64,000 nt of DNA from Neocallimastix sp. 'constans' (taxonomy: Eukaryota). Below, one piece after another: positions 42,136-55,076 of the stretch. The position numbers and the translations under genes are program-made. Below the pieces are notes generated by a model that saw only the letters and a list, made by a program, of their open reading frames with translations, was not told the DNA's origin and made no database searches. Location: assembly GCA_050613775.1 (NCBI GenBank), contig JBODTK010000154.1:248001-312000 (forward strand). Direction: 5' to 3'. Each line of letters opens with the position of its first letter. Within the stretch, counting starts at the first letter, position 1.

Positions 42136-43096
42136 TTATTTTTTAGATTTTCCACCACAATGAGCTTCTAACCAATTTAATCCCTCTTCTAACCCTTCAC
42201 CAGAGACTGCACAACATGGAAATATACACCATTCTCTATCTTTAATATTATCTAACTTCATTTTTGCTTTAATTTCATCAGGACTCAATTTATTTGGTAA
42301 GTCTTGCTTATTTGCTAAAATTAAAACATTAACATTAGCCATTTCTTGGTCTTGAATAATTTTAAATAATTCTTCACCGGCTTCAGCAATTCTAAAAATT
42401 CACAATTACAATATTTATTTTAAAATTTTACATTGTCATATTTTTAAAATATAATTATAATTATTAATTATTTAATTTTAATATTTTATTACTTTATAAA
42501 TTAATAAAATTAATATATTATATATATAAAGTAATTTTAAGTATAATCTTATTATAAATATTAACCTTGCTGAATCTGAAGAATCAACTATAAAAATAAG
42601 ACCTTGAGTTCCTGCATAATAATGTCTCCATAAAGGTCTAATTTTGTCTTGACCTCCTACATCCTTTGTGATATTAATGATTTAATGAATGATATTATTA
42701 ATTATTTGTACATACACTAATTTTAATGTTTTATAATAATCATTTTTATTTTTTGTAATATTTTTTCGTTATATCATACCCAAACATTAAATTTAACTTT
42801 TCTAAAAGTAACAACTTCATTATTAAAACCTACAGTTGGAACCGTTGTTTCAGGTTTTTCTCCTTTATTCAGTTTATATAGAATTGCTTATTGATTATGA
42901 TAATATTATTATTATTATTATTATAAATAATAATGATATATATACATATTAATATTTATCATTTAAATGAATTCTTTCAATTAAATTAAAAAATATAAAA
43001 TTTTAATCATGTACTTGTTTTTCCAGCACAATCAAGACCTAACATTAATATTCTCATTTCCTTGGTTTTACCAAATTTTGAAAGTACCTTCCCCAT
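42136..43096 (-). CDS. ARF6: ARF6-like small GTPase, 4 exons
   Basis: [33 protein letters not shown]...TVPTVGFN...[34 protein letters not shown]|...LANKQDLP. The MGKVLSK start and GTQGLIF are ARF6-type. Confidence 0.85.
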
Positions 43097-44313
43097 TTTA
43101 ATTTACTATATTATTATTGATTAATAAATTATTATTATAAAAGAAGTAAAAAAAATATATATATTAAAATTTATTATATAATTTTTTTTTTTTGAATTCC
43201 AAATTTTATTAAAGTTCTATAATACAATAGAGAATTGTATGTTATATAAATTTTTTCTTAAGATATAATAATATCTATTATCCACAGATAGTCATAGTCA
43301 TACTAATATTTATTTTTTATTTTTATGTTTTTTATTATTTTTTTTTATTATTTCTTTTTTATTTGCTTTTATTTTTTATTTTTATTTCTTTTTTATTTTT
43401 ATTTTAATTTTTTTTATTTTTTTATATAATTTTTATTTTTTTATTTTGTATTTTTTTTTTTTAATTGATAGTATATATAAATTTAATATATTATTTAATT
43501 TGCAACTCCTCATTTTTTATTTTTATTTTTATTTTTTTTTTGCTTCATTACATTTATTTATTTTATTTTTATTTTTATTTTTTTTCGCTTCATTTCATTT
43601 ATTTATTTTATTTTTTTTTTTTTTCATTTTATTTTATTTATTTATTTTTTTTAAATATTACATAATTAATGAATAAATATAATATAAATAATTTTTTTTT
43701 TTTTTTTTTTTTTTTTGATTTTATAATTTCATTTTATTTTTTAATCAATGCTTTTGTTAGATGTTTCTTTTTATAAAAATATTCATACATTATTTTAGAG
43801 TATTCCTATATTGTTAAAGAGATTTATTTTTATTTTTATTACTATAATATATATATATTTTTTTTTAATTTTCAAAATTAATAATATAAATAATTATTTA
43901 AAATAAAAAATTTTTTTTTTATGAGGATAGATAAAATAAAAAGAATAAGTAAAATAATATATTAATGTGAAATTCTATAAAAATGAAGTCCAAATTGTAA
44001 TGACTGGTAATAAATTTTAAAATAATTATTACTAATTACAATAATTTATATAATAATTATAATAAATAATAATTATTAAAATTATTTACTTTTAATTAAT
44101 TCAATTAAAAAAACATCTCATGGTATGGTAGTGGTTAATTTTTACTATAAATACATTATATATTTATAGCAAAATATAATAGTTTTATATTATTTAAAGT
44201 TTAATTATATTTAATTATCTTATATAATATTGTTAAAAAAATTTAATTATTTTAAATTGAGACAAATAAAAAATTTTTTTTTTAAAAAAAAAAAAACAAT
44301 TAACAAATTTTTT

Positions 44314-44359
<46 letters not shown>

Positions 44360-44818
44360 AATAGATCAAAAAACTTAAATTCTTAAAAATATAAAATAGG
44401 TAGATATATATATAATTGCTATAAAAATCATTTAATCATAATAATTATTTATAAATTATACTATTTAAATATTTATTATATTTAAATTTTAAATTTTTTA
44501 TTTGCATTTTTTTTTATTTTTAAACTAATATCTTTATATTATAAAATTTATTATATATATATAATATTATTATTATATATATTATTAATTATTAAATTTA
44601 TTGTAAATATAAAAGAAAAAACATTATGTCTACTTTTTTTCTTTTTTATCATCATTATTGATTCTGATTGTTTATTAATATAGTAAATATATTGATTTAC
44701 AAATATTTTTTATTACTTTTTCATTAAAAAAAAAAAAAAATTATTAAATTATATTTGATATTTATTTTTATATTTATTTTAAGTTTTAATTGCTTTAATT
44801 GTATTCCATTAAAGAAAT

Positions 44819-47371
44819 TTAATTAAATATTGGTCTTTTACCCTTTAACCATTCGTTGGCATCAATAAATTCTTTAGCATATTCCTCATTTATTTGACCA
44901 TCTGCCTTTAAAGATTTAACAGCTTCTAAAATACAATCCCATAATTTATAAGTATTTTCCATATCAGATTTCACATCATCACAATATTCTTTAAATCTAT
45001 TCTCAACATTTGTTGTAGATTTTTGGATAACTTCTGGGGTAATATTAATAATGTCTGTTAAACTATCTAAATAATCTTTAGTAATAATACCATTAGCAGT
45101 ATTAGCATCTAAAAGGAATGGTAATTTAATACCAGCACTAAGAATTTCTAAATTAGAATCAGATTTACCGGCATTTTCATTCATTGTCATAGATAAAAGA
45201 ATCATTTCACATAAATTGCGTAAGCTACGGGTAACCGCCTTCATAAAACTGTTGAAACGTAATAATTCAAGATCAAGAGGTCCTTTCCAAACTACCATAG
45301 TTTTAAATGAAATATGAAGTAAACTAGCAACACGAGAAATAAGATTGATATGTTCTTTAATATCATTACCTTCTTTATTAGGTGTGGATGGAGTACTGCT
45401 AGTTACTGGAGAAGAAAGTTTAACACCTGGTTTAGAATATGGAACTTTATTGTAAGCTCTATTATTAAGAGCATTCATACGGATTAATTCAAGAGCGGTG
45501 ACAATTTCTTCTTGGAAAATAGAAGAAGAAGGCATGACGCTTAAGGCCTTTTGTAAAGCTTTACCGTAAGGAGTAAACTGATATGAACCAATTACATAAT
45601 TAGTCAATGAATTTGAAGAATTTGATTTTGAAGGATTTAATTTAATGAAATTTCTAGCTTCTAAGAATCTCATAAGTACTAAAGCATAAATATCATCTAC
45701 ATTACGAACATATTTTAAATCAAAAGGTGATAAAGTATTATTTTTAGAATTCTTAGAATTATTATTATTTTGATTGGTTGGAACATTTATTTGTATTTGC
45801 GATTGATTAGCAATGGTTTGTAAACAGAATAATAAATTAATATTAGCAAAAGAAAAGTCCTTTTCCTTCTTTTTATGACTTTCTACCCAATCAATATTAT
45901 TAGTAAGGGAATATACTGGTGGAGTATTGGCTTTAACTGATAATTCAGAATTTTTCCTTGATTTTTCTTTTTCTTTATCTTCTTCATGACTATTTTCATT
46001 TTCATTTTCATTTTCTTTATCATTTTGCTTTGAATCATTTATTTGTGCAATTTTATTTGGTGGTAACCAACGTACACCAACTGGTTCACTTTCATGATGG
46101 AGTTGAACTTCATTAGATGGTTCAAACCAAAATATGCTATTTACTCTACGATTTCTCATAAACTTCGACATACCCATTGTTAATAAGCTAAGTGCTTGGG
46201 TTCTTAAATCCAAAAGACTTTGACTCTTAATAAATTCACGATATTCTATAGTATCACCATTACATAATGGTGGTCCTTCTAAAAGCATTCCAGAAACTAG
46301 ATTAGTAATAACTTGTGGTGATACCATACCTTGGCACATATAAAAGTAAACTTCGTCTGGTAAACGTGGACCAAAAAGCTCATGAAGATCGTTTGGTGCG
46401 GTTTCTTTGTTTAATGGTTCAGTTGTACCATCTTCTTTTAAAATAATATTATGAGTAATAATTGATTTAATTCTACAGAAATTATCTTCATAATTATATT
46501 CTTTAACTTTTGGATGCTCAGCATGTGCTTGAATAGCATTAAAACCAGTTCTATATTGTTGTAGCATATCTACTGTTCCTTTAAATGTAAATGAAGTGTT
46601 TTTATTACCAACAAGTGGTGGGAAGGTTGAAATCCAATCAAAACCTGCAAGCATACAGATATCAATAAAGAGATCAGGATGAATTAAATTTAAATCTTGG
46701 ATAACTCTTATTTTTTCAATCCAGGAAAATTCTTTTTTATCAAAATCAATATTTAAAATTACGTTATCTGCATCACCACACCACATTAACATTTCACTAC
46801 CACTGTAAACTGATTGTATATATCCTCTTTGTTGTAAATAAGCTAATTGAGCCCATGATGCGTATGGTGCACGCATAAATTCTATATTATTTTCTTGGAA
46901 AATTTTAAAAACTAAATTCATAAATTCATTTTGATGAACTGAATTAGAACTACTCCAGGTATTATGGGCACTTTCTAATCTTCCTCTTTCGTAATGATCC
47001 CAACCTGAAGCACGCTTATTTGGTCTTGTATCTTCGATTGTGAATGGCTTATCCTTACGTAAAAAGGATAATCCATTAAATACAAAGAAGGGATAAATAT
47101 CAAGTGAACGAAGTTTATTGATTTCCTTTTCTAATAAACTTTTAAAAGAATTATATGGAAATGTACCTCCCATAGCTACAATATTAGCTGTTATACTTTC
47201 AAGAGTTTTTGCTTCACCAGCATTTGCCATACGAGCAAGATTAGGTTTAATTATTTTTCTTAACCAATTTTGACCTTCAATCCCAATCTTGGTACCTTTC
47301 AATTGGGAAATTGGTGCCTTTTGAATAAGTTGTCTTTCTGATATATAATAATCAAAATGACGAATTGGCAT
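44819..47371 (-). CDS. MKT1: Mkt1 post-transcriptional regulator (XPG/PIN-like fold), intronless
   Basis: 850-aa ORF. MPIRHFDYYISER, PFFVFNGL, FMRAPYASWAQLAYL, PNDLHELFGPRLPDEVYFY and WKGPLDLELLRF resemble fungal Mkt1. Confidence 0.85.
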   Translation of the reverse strand: MPIRHFDYYISERQLIQKAPISQLKGTKIGIEGQNWLRKIIKPNLARMANAGEAKTLESITANIVAMGGTFPYNSFKSLLEKEINKLRSLDIYPFFVFNGLSFLRKDKPFTIEDTRPNKRASGWDHYERGRLESAHNTWSSSNSVHQNEFMNLVFKIFQENNIEFMRAPYASWAQLAYLQQRGYIQSVYSGSEMLMWCGDADNVILNIDFDKKEFSWIEKIRVIQDLNLIHPDLFIDICMLAGFDWISTFPPLVGNKNTSFTFKGTVDMLQQYRTGFNAIQAHAEHPKVKEYNYEDNFCRIKSIITHNIILKEDGTTEPLNKETAPNDLHELFGPRLPDEVYFYMCQGMVSPQVITNLVSGMLLEGPPLCNGDTIEYREFIKSQSLLDLRTQALSLLTMGMSKFMRNRRVNSIFWFEPSNEVQLHHESEPVGVRWLPPNKIAQINDSKQNDKENENENENSHEEDKEKEKSRKNSELSVKANTPPVYSLTNNIDWVESHKKKEKDFSFANINLLFCLQTIANQSQIQINVPTNQNNNNSKNSKNNTLSPFDLKYVRNVDDIYALVLMRFLEARNFIKLNPSKSNSSNSLTNYVIGSYQFTPYGKALQKALSVMPSSSIFQEEIVTALELIRMNALNNRAYNKVPYSKPGVKLSSPVTSSTPSTPNKEGNDIKEHINLISRVASLLHISFKTMVVWKGPLDLELLRFNSFMKAVTRSLRNLCEMILLSMTMNENAGKSDSNLEILSAGIKLPFLLDANTANGIITKDYLDSLTDIINITPEVIQKSTTNVENRFKEYCDDVKSDMENTYKLWDCILEAVKSLKADGQINEEYAKEFIDANEWLKGKRPIFN

Positions 47372-47541
47372 TTTTTATTACTGATATTATTTTGTAATAC
47401 CATTTTTATTATAAATATTTATAAAGTATATAAAATCAAAAATTAGTAAAATAATAATTAAATATTTATTTGATTTTAATAATCTTTTATGAAAGTAATA
47501 AAAATTGGTTAGAAATATTATTACTTTTCATGATAAATTAA

Positions 47542-47600
<59 letters not shown>

Positions 47601-49135
47601 AAAAGAATACTGATATTTTTAATTGTATATAATGAAATTTTAATTAGTTGATTATTTTATTAGATCTTAATTCTTATATATAAATATAAATATATATAAA
47701 TATATATATTTTTATGTTATGAATAAATATTATTATTAATTTATTGATTGAAAGAGATCTTATATGAAAGAAATATATTACTTTTATTGTATATATAATT
47801 ATTTTATTATCTTACATCTATTATATTTTGAATAAATATTGAATGGATTAATCATTTTAATATATGTATTTTAAAAATACATTAACACGTTGAATATTTA
47901 TCTATTACTAAAATTTTTGCTTTTTTTTTCTTTTTTTTTTTTTTTTTTATTATTTTTTTTTTATTTATATATATATATTAAGTATTGTTTAATTACTTTG
48001 TTGAATTTAAAATAATTATTATAAAATTTAGATAAACAAAATTAATAACAACAAAGTAAATAATCTTTAAATCATTAATATTCGTATAATACTTAATTCA
48101 AATTTAATTATTTAATAATATAATATAAGAATTGATTTATTAATATCATTTTATAAAATAATTTGCATATATAAATTTTTTTAAATTTAAAATACATAGT
48201 AATTTATCAATTAACCAAACGTTTATTTTAAAATTGATTAAAATTAAATATTGATTATATGTTTGTATTTAAATTGTTATATAATATTTATCGAAATAAT
48301 AGAGAGAGAGAAAAAGAATCATTGATATATGTACTACTTCTTTTTCTTTTTTAATATGCTAATATTAAATAAATCATTATATAATTTATTATTTTTTTTA
48401 TAATTTTAAAAAAAAAAAAAAATAATACAAATAATAAATATCTACCTTTAATACCTTTAATACTACCTTTAAATAAAATTAATAATACAATTAAAAATAT
48501 TTTATTTAATCTAAAAATATTAATAATAAAAAAATATTATTCTTTTTAATTTAAATTATTTTAGGAAATTAAAATAACCAAAATAATTTTGAATCTATTA
48601 TTAATATAAATCAAATTAAATTATTCTGATTTTGAAAGTATATGAATTAAAATATAAGAAAGAAAAAGAATTGATTTAAAAATATTTATTTTTTAAATAA
48701 AAAGTTTTTATTTATTATTTATTTATAATATATTAAACTAATATATTAATATATACTATAATATAATTTATTTTATTTAATCAAATAAAACTTTTAATTA
48801 TAAATAAAATCCAATTTCTTTTTATTAATATAAAAAAAAATTAATATTAAAAATGGTTTTATTATAATATTAACAAAATAAAAAAATATTTATTTATATA
48901 TTAATAATTATAACAATTATGTAATTAATAAAATATCAATGAATATGTATGTAAATTCAAAATAATAAAATAAATTAATATAAAATAGAAATAATAAATA
49001 TAACAAAAACAAAAACAAAAGTAAAAAAAAAAAAAAAAAGAATAATATATGAATTTTAAAATATCTAGTTTTCTATAATTGTATTTAATGGACTATTTTT
49101 AAAAAAAAAAAAAATTTAAATATATAAATTAATAT

Positions 49136-50898
49136 TTAATCATCATCAAAAACAATTTTTGTTCCTTTAACTCCACTATGAAGTATTGCTTGTTCTTTAA
49201 GTTCTTTTAATTTTTTTGCTTCCCATGATGGATGGAGTTCTTTAATTTTATTCACTTTGGAATTATTAAATGAGACTGAAGGTATATTATTAGATAAATT
49301 ATTATCATTACTTTCTTCATCACCAAATGTAATTTTTTTACCTTTGAATTCAACAATCTTTGATTTTTCTTTCATTAATCTTTTCGCTTCCCAAGATGGA
49401 TGAAGATTTTCAGGTAATTTATTACTTTTTTCTTTTTTCTTTTCCTTTAATTTCAATTCTCTTGCTTTCTTTAAGTGATTAGCATTTTTACCATAATTTT
49501 TTTCCCATAATCTTTATTTTATAAATGAAATTAAATATTATGTTTTTTATAAATTCATTAGTAAATTATTATTATATCTTATTTAATATTATTCTTAATT
49601 AATTTACTTTTGTCTTTCTCTTTGACCCATTCTATTTTTTTTCTTTGGTCTTTTTTCTTCAATAATATCACTAGCATCATCTTCACTGGAATAAAAGTCA
49701 TTATTTCCTCCATTTAAAGAATTCATAAACATTGAATCATAACTTTTATTAATTAATCCTTGACTATTATCATCTTCATCTTCTGAGTTGAAATCCATAG
49801 AATCATTATTTTGTTTTTGCTTTTTAACTTTAGACTTCTTCTTTCTCTATATATTGTTTGATTTCAAAATAAATTAATAGACTAATTAATAAATATGTCA
49901 CATAATTCATGATATGATGATAAATATAGAAATTACCTTTCTACTTTTTGGTTTTGGCTTATCATCCAATGTTATTGATTTTTCAATTTTATTCTGATCG
50001 AATACTTCAATTACCTTCTTAATATCATTTATAATTTCTGCCATACATGTTTTTGTAATATTAGCTTTCAAAATATTATTAATTAAATCTTTATTTTGTT
50101 CCTGTCCATCAATTTCATTATTTTTTGATTTATTTGAAGTTCTAAATAATGTTAATAAAGAATGTTTTCCTAATAAATCATCATTACATATTGAATCATA
50201 AAAAAATTTGTCTGAAATTTCATCCAATTTCAATTTCTAAATTAAAATGTTAAATTTTAAAATAGAGTAAAAAATAATTATAAAAAATTTTTTATTATAT
50301 AAATATATATATATTGAAATTTTAATTAATAAGGCAATAATATTATTATATTTAAAAAAATATAAGTATAATTTTCAATATACTTTAATTTGAATAATTT
50401 GTTCTTCTATCTTTTTTATTTCAACTTCTGAGTTTTTTTCGTTTTCCCTTTTATATATATAGAAAATTAATATATTAACAAAATTTCTTTATACTATATT
50501 AATTAAATTATATTTTTAATTCATACTCGGTTTCTGAATTTTTAATATTTTTTAATTTTTTAATTTTTTTTTGGATTTCAAAATTTTTGGCTTTTTTAAT
50601 TGCTTTTCTTAATTCTTTTTTTTGGTGATACTTATATATTTTAAAGTGTTTAATGGTATATGAAAATTATTTATAAATAATTGTATAAAATTTATAGTTA
50701 ATCAGATATATAATTAATAAAATATTATATATACTTTTATTAAAATAATATTCTATACTTTACAATTTTTCCTGTAATCTTGTCTTGTTTGATTTCAAAA
50801 ATTTGAGCCAACATGTCATTTTTATCACCTTCATTTTTTTCTATTTTTTCACTTAATTTTTTTATTTCAATGAACCAATTTGTTTTTTTCTTATTCAT
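49136..50898 (-). CDS. BUD22: Bud22/SRFBP1-family ribosome biogenesis protein, multi-exon
   Basis: KKKNRMGQRERQK|LWEKNYGKNANHL, LHPSWEAK and FKGKKITF signature motifs; upstream exons include LRKAIKKAKNFEIQK. Probable ATG at 50896-50898. Confidence 0.85.
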
Positions 50899-50944
50899 TT
50901 TTAGTATCTATAATATTCTAAAAATATATATATAAATAGTTATT

Positions 50945-51005
<61 letters not shown>

Positions 51006-51270
51006 AATACTAATGAAAATATATTATAATATGTGAATTAAACATATATTTATAAAAATTTCCATTAATTATATAATCATGTGATAATATGAATGATACA
51101 TTTAATAATAAAAAAAAACTTTTAATATAGAAAGTGTACATTTTTTTTTGAAATATATAATAATAATACAAATATTTTTGTTAAAACTAATTATTTATTT
51201 TTTTTTTTTTTTTTTTTTTTTTATTTTTCTGTTATTAAAATTTTATAAATAATAATATAATAAAAGTAAA

Positions 51271-54096
51271 ATGAAAATAGAAGAGCATAACACTTTAAAA
51301 TTGAAACAAGAGCAAAATCGAATAAATGAAATTAAGAAACAATTAAAATTAATAAAATCAGATGATATTCCTTTTGAAGAAGATCTTATAAGAAATCCAT
51401 TTAATTTAAAAAAATGGTTACGTTATATAGAATACAAAGAAGAAGATAGTTTTGAAAGCAAAATTTTTATATATGAAAGAGCATTAAAAGAATTACCAGG
51501 AAGTTATAAAATATGGAAAAAATATTTAGATTTAAGAGTTTCAGTATTATTAGAAAAAATAGATAATGAAAATAATAAAAAAGAAAAAGAAGGATATCAA
51601 GATCGGAAACCAAGAGTGTCATTATTAAATGTAGAATGGGAAAGAGTAAATAATTGTTTTGAAAGAAGTTTAATTTTATTAAATAAAATGCCTGTGATAT
51701 GGGCTTCATACTGTGGATTTTTAATGTTTCAACAGAAACCAACACGTACAAGACGTACGTTTGATAGAGCATTAAAAGCGTTACCAATTACACAACATTC
51801 AAGAATATGGGATTTATACAAAAAATTTGCAAATGAAATTGGTGGAGAAACAGCTATAAGAATTTGGAGAAGATATCTTAAATTGGATGCAAGTAATACT
51901 GAAGATTATATATATCTTTTGTTAAATATGAATCCACCAAGATATACAGAAGCAGTAAAAATGCTTTCAGGAATTGTTGAAAATCCAAAATTTATTTCTA
52001 AATATGGTAAAAGTCCATATCAACTTTGGATTCAACTTTGTGAATTATTATGTGATCATGCGGATGAATTAGAAACAATAGGTTTAAATTCAAATATTTT
52101 AATTTTAAATTCAAATGGATTAACATCTGGAATTAATAGTAAAATTGGTATTGTTGAACAATTAGATGTTGAAAAAATTATTCGTTCAGGAATTGCAAGA
52201 TTTTCAGATCAAGTTGGTATATTATGGAATAGTTTAGCGAGATGGTGGATTTTAAAGCAGGAATTTGAAAAAGCAAGGGACATTTATGAAGAAGCAATGA
52301 CAAAAGTTACCACAGTTAAAGATTTTACTTTCATATTTGATGCTTATTCTCAATTTGAAGAAAAAATTATAAGTATGAAAATGGAACAATTAAATAAAGA
52401 AAGTGATAGTAATGAGGATAGTGATGATGAAGAAGAAAATGAAGATGAAATTGAATTAGATTTATTAATGGCAAGATTTGAAAATTTAATGGATAGACGA
52501 CCATTCCTTGTTAATGATGTTTTATTAAGACAAAATCCAAATAATGTTCATGAATGGGAAAAACGTGTTGAATTGTGGAAAAAACAAAATAACCAAACGA
52601 AAGTATTACAGACATATACTAATGCTATAAAGACCATTGATCCAAAAAAGGCTAGTGGCAAATTAAGTTCACTTTGGATTAGCTTTGCAAATTGGTATTT
52701 AGAAGCTGATGATCTTCAATCAGCACGCACAATATTTGAAAAGGCAACTAAAGTTCCTTATAAAAAAGTAGACGAATTAGCAGAAGTTTGGTGTGAATGG
52801 TCAGATGTTGAATTAGAAGCTGGTGATATTGAAAAAGCACTCGAAGTTATGGCTAGGGCTACATCACCAACAAATACTAAAAAATTAGGTGTTAGATACA
52901 CAGATGAATCTGAAACACCACAAGTGCGTCTTTTCAAGAGTTTAAAACTTTGGGCACATTATATTGATTTGGAAGAAGCCTTAGGAACCGCAGAAAATAC
53001 AAGAGCTGTTTATGATAGAATGATGGAATTGAAAATTGCTACACCACAAATTATTATTAATTATGCTACTTGGCTTGAGGATCAAAAGTGTTATGAAGAA
53101 AGCTTTAAAATTTATGAAAGAGGTATTGATCAATTTGGATGGCCAGTTGCTTATGAAATTTGGAATATTTATTTAACTAAATTTATTAAAAGATATCAAG
53201 GCACTAAGTTGGAAAGAACAAGAGATCTTTTCGAACAAGCTATTGATAAATGCCCAGCTAAATTCGCAAAGACAATTTATTTGATGTTTGCTAAGGTAGA
53301 AGAAGATTATGGTTTGACAAAGCATGCAATGCGTATATATGATAGAGCAACTCAAGCAGTTTCCGATGAAGATCGTTATGAAGTTTTTAAACTTTATATT
53401 GCTAAAGTTAAATCTTACTATGGTGTAACAGCTACTCGTGAAATTTATGAAAGAGCTATTGAAATATTACCAAATGTTGAAGCTAAGGAGATGGCTTTAG
53501 AATTTGTTGAATTAGAAACACAATTGGGTGAAATTGATAGAGCTCGTGCTATTCTTTCTTATGGTACACAATTTGCTGATCCAAGAGCAGATACAAATTA
53601 TTGGAAGGTTTGGCATGACTTTGAAGTTAAGTACGGCAATGAAGATACATTTAAAGAAATGCTACGTATTAAACGTTCTGTTCAAGCTAAATTCAATACT
53701 GAGGTTCATTATATATCGGCACAAATGATGGCTGCTAAAGAAAATAATAATGGAATAACTGAAACAGAACCAGTTGTAGAAGAAAGTGGAAATGCTATGG
53801 AAAGATTAGAAAAGGATGTTTTAGGTAGTAATGAAGGATCAAAAACTACAAATTTCGCTTTTGGAAAACAATTTGTTAAAGCAACAATTACTCAAACAAA
53901 GCCTAGTGAGGATATTATGCCATCGCAACAAAATCAAGAAAAGGTTGCTAATCCAGAAGAAATTGAAATTGATATGGATGATGATGAGGATGAAGAAAGT
54001 GAAGAAAATATTGATTTAGAACAAAAATCAGTACCAGAAGCTGTATTTGGAAGTATAAAGGAAAATTCTTCATCTCCATTAAAAAGAAAGAGATAA
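51271..54096 (+). CDS. SYF1: Pre-mRNA splicing factor Syf1/XAB2 (HAT repeats), intronless
   Basis: 941-aa ORF with YERALKELPGSYKIW, FDRALKALPITQHSRIW, LLRQNPNNVHEW and FEVKYGNEDTFKEMLRIKRSVQA. Confidence 0.97.
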   Translation: MKIEEHNTLKLKQEQNRINEIKKQLKLIKSDDIPFEEDLIRNPFNLKKWLRYIEYKEEDSFESKIFIYERALKELPGSYKIWKKYLDLRVSVLLEKIDNENNKKEKEGYQDRKPRVSLLNVEWERVNNCFERSLILLNKMPVIWASYCGFLMFQQKPTRTRRTFDRALKALPITQHSRIWDLYKKFANEIGGETAIRIWRRYLKLDASNTEDYIYLLLNMNPPRYTEAVKMLSGIVENPKFISKYGKSPYQLWIQLCELLCDHADELETIGLNSNILILNSNGLTSGINSKIGIVEQLDVEKIIRSGIARFSDQVGILWNSLARWWILKQEFEKARDIYEEAMTKVTTVKDFTFIFDAYSQFEEKIISMKMEQLNKESDSNEDSDDEEENEDEIELDLLMARFENLMDRRPFLVNDVLLRQNPNNVHEWEKRVELWKKQNNQTKVLQTYTNAIKTIDPKKASGKLSSLWISFANWYLEADDLQSARTIFEKATKVPYKKVDELAEVWCEWSDVELEAGDIEKALEVMARATSPTNTKKLGVRYTDESETPQVRLFKSLKLWAHYIDLEEALGTAENTRAVYDRMMELKIATPQIIINYATWLEDQKCYEESFKIYERGIDQFGWPVAYEIWNIYLTKFIKRYQGTKLERTRDLFEQAIDKCPAKFAKTIYLMFAKVEEDYGLTKHAMRIYDRATQAVSDEDRYEVFKLYIAKVKSYYGVTATREIYERAIEILPNVEAKEMALEFVELETQLGEIDRARAILSYGTQFADPRADTNYWKVWHDFEVKYGNEDTFKEMLRIKRSVQAKFNTEVHYISAQMMAAKENNNGITETEPVVEESGNAMERLEKDVLGSNEGSKTTNFAFGKQFVKATITQTKPSEDIMPSQQNQEKVANPEEIEIDMDDDEDEESEENIDLEQKSVPEAVFGSIKENSSSPLKRKR

Positions 54097-54202
54097 ATTA
54101 AGCATCATTAAATTCATTTTTATTTAATTATATATCTTTTATATTTTTAATATTTATTATTTTATATTTATTTTATTTTAATATATGTATTTATTAATAT
54201 TA

Positions 54203-54233
<31 letters not shown>

Positions 54234-54331
54234 GTACGAATCTATAATTTTATTCAATTGATATTTATTTTATTTGTTTTTATCCTGATTATTCGTTTCA
54301 ATAATTAATATTTATCTATTTAAAATGTTAT

Positions 54332-54375
<44 letters not shown>

Positions 54376-54535
54376 AAATATCGTAATTTATATTTATCTT
54401 TTAAAAGTTTAAAGAGAATGAAAATAAAAGTGTTATAATTTAAGAATTTAAATTTAATTAAACTCTTAACTGTAAAAAAATAATATTATATGTATATATG
54501 TATTTACATAATAATATTAATTAGTTATATATTTT

Positions 54536-54580
<45 letters not shown>

Positions 54581-54816
54581 ATTTGATTGATTAAGCAATT
54601 AAAAATAAATATTTAACTATTTAAGGGTTAAAAGATAATTAAAAAAAAAAAAAAAAAAAAAAAATATATTAATTTTTTATTTAAAAAAAATTATTAGTGT
54701 TTATAGTAATTAAAAAATTTAATTAAACATTTATAAAAAAAAAATCTTTTATAATTATTAATATTTTTTTTTAAATGGATATTTTTATAATTGTATAAAT
54801 TATTCATTTAAATACT

Positions 54817-54876
<60 letters not shown>

Positions 54877-55076
54877 ATATGTATTTTTTTTCATTACCAC
54901 AATTATTGTGAACTTTAACTTAATTTGTTTATTCATTTATTAAGAACATATATTTTTTAATAAAAACATCAAATTAATAAAAAAAATATCATTTGTCCAA
55001 ATTGAATAAAATGATTTTTTAAATAGTAATGTGAAATAAAAGTAATATTCAAAATCAAGTATATAAATAAATTTAG

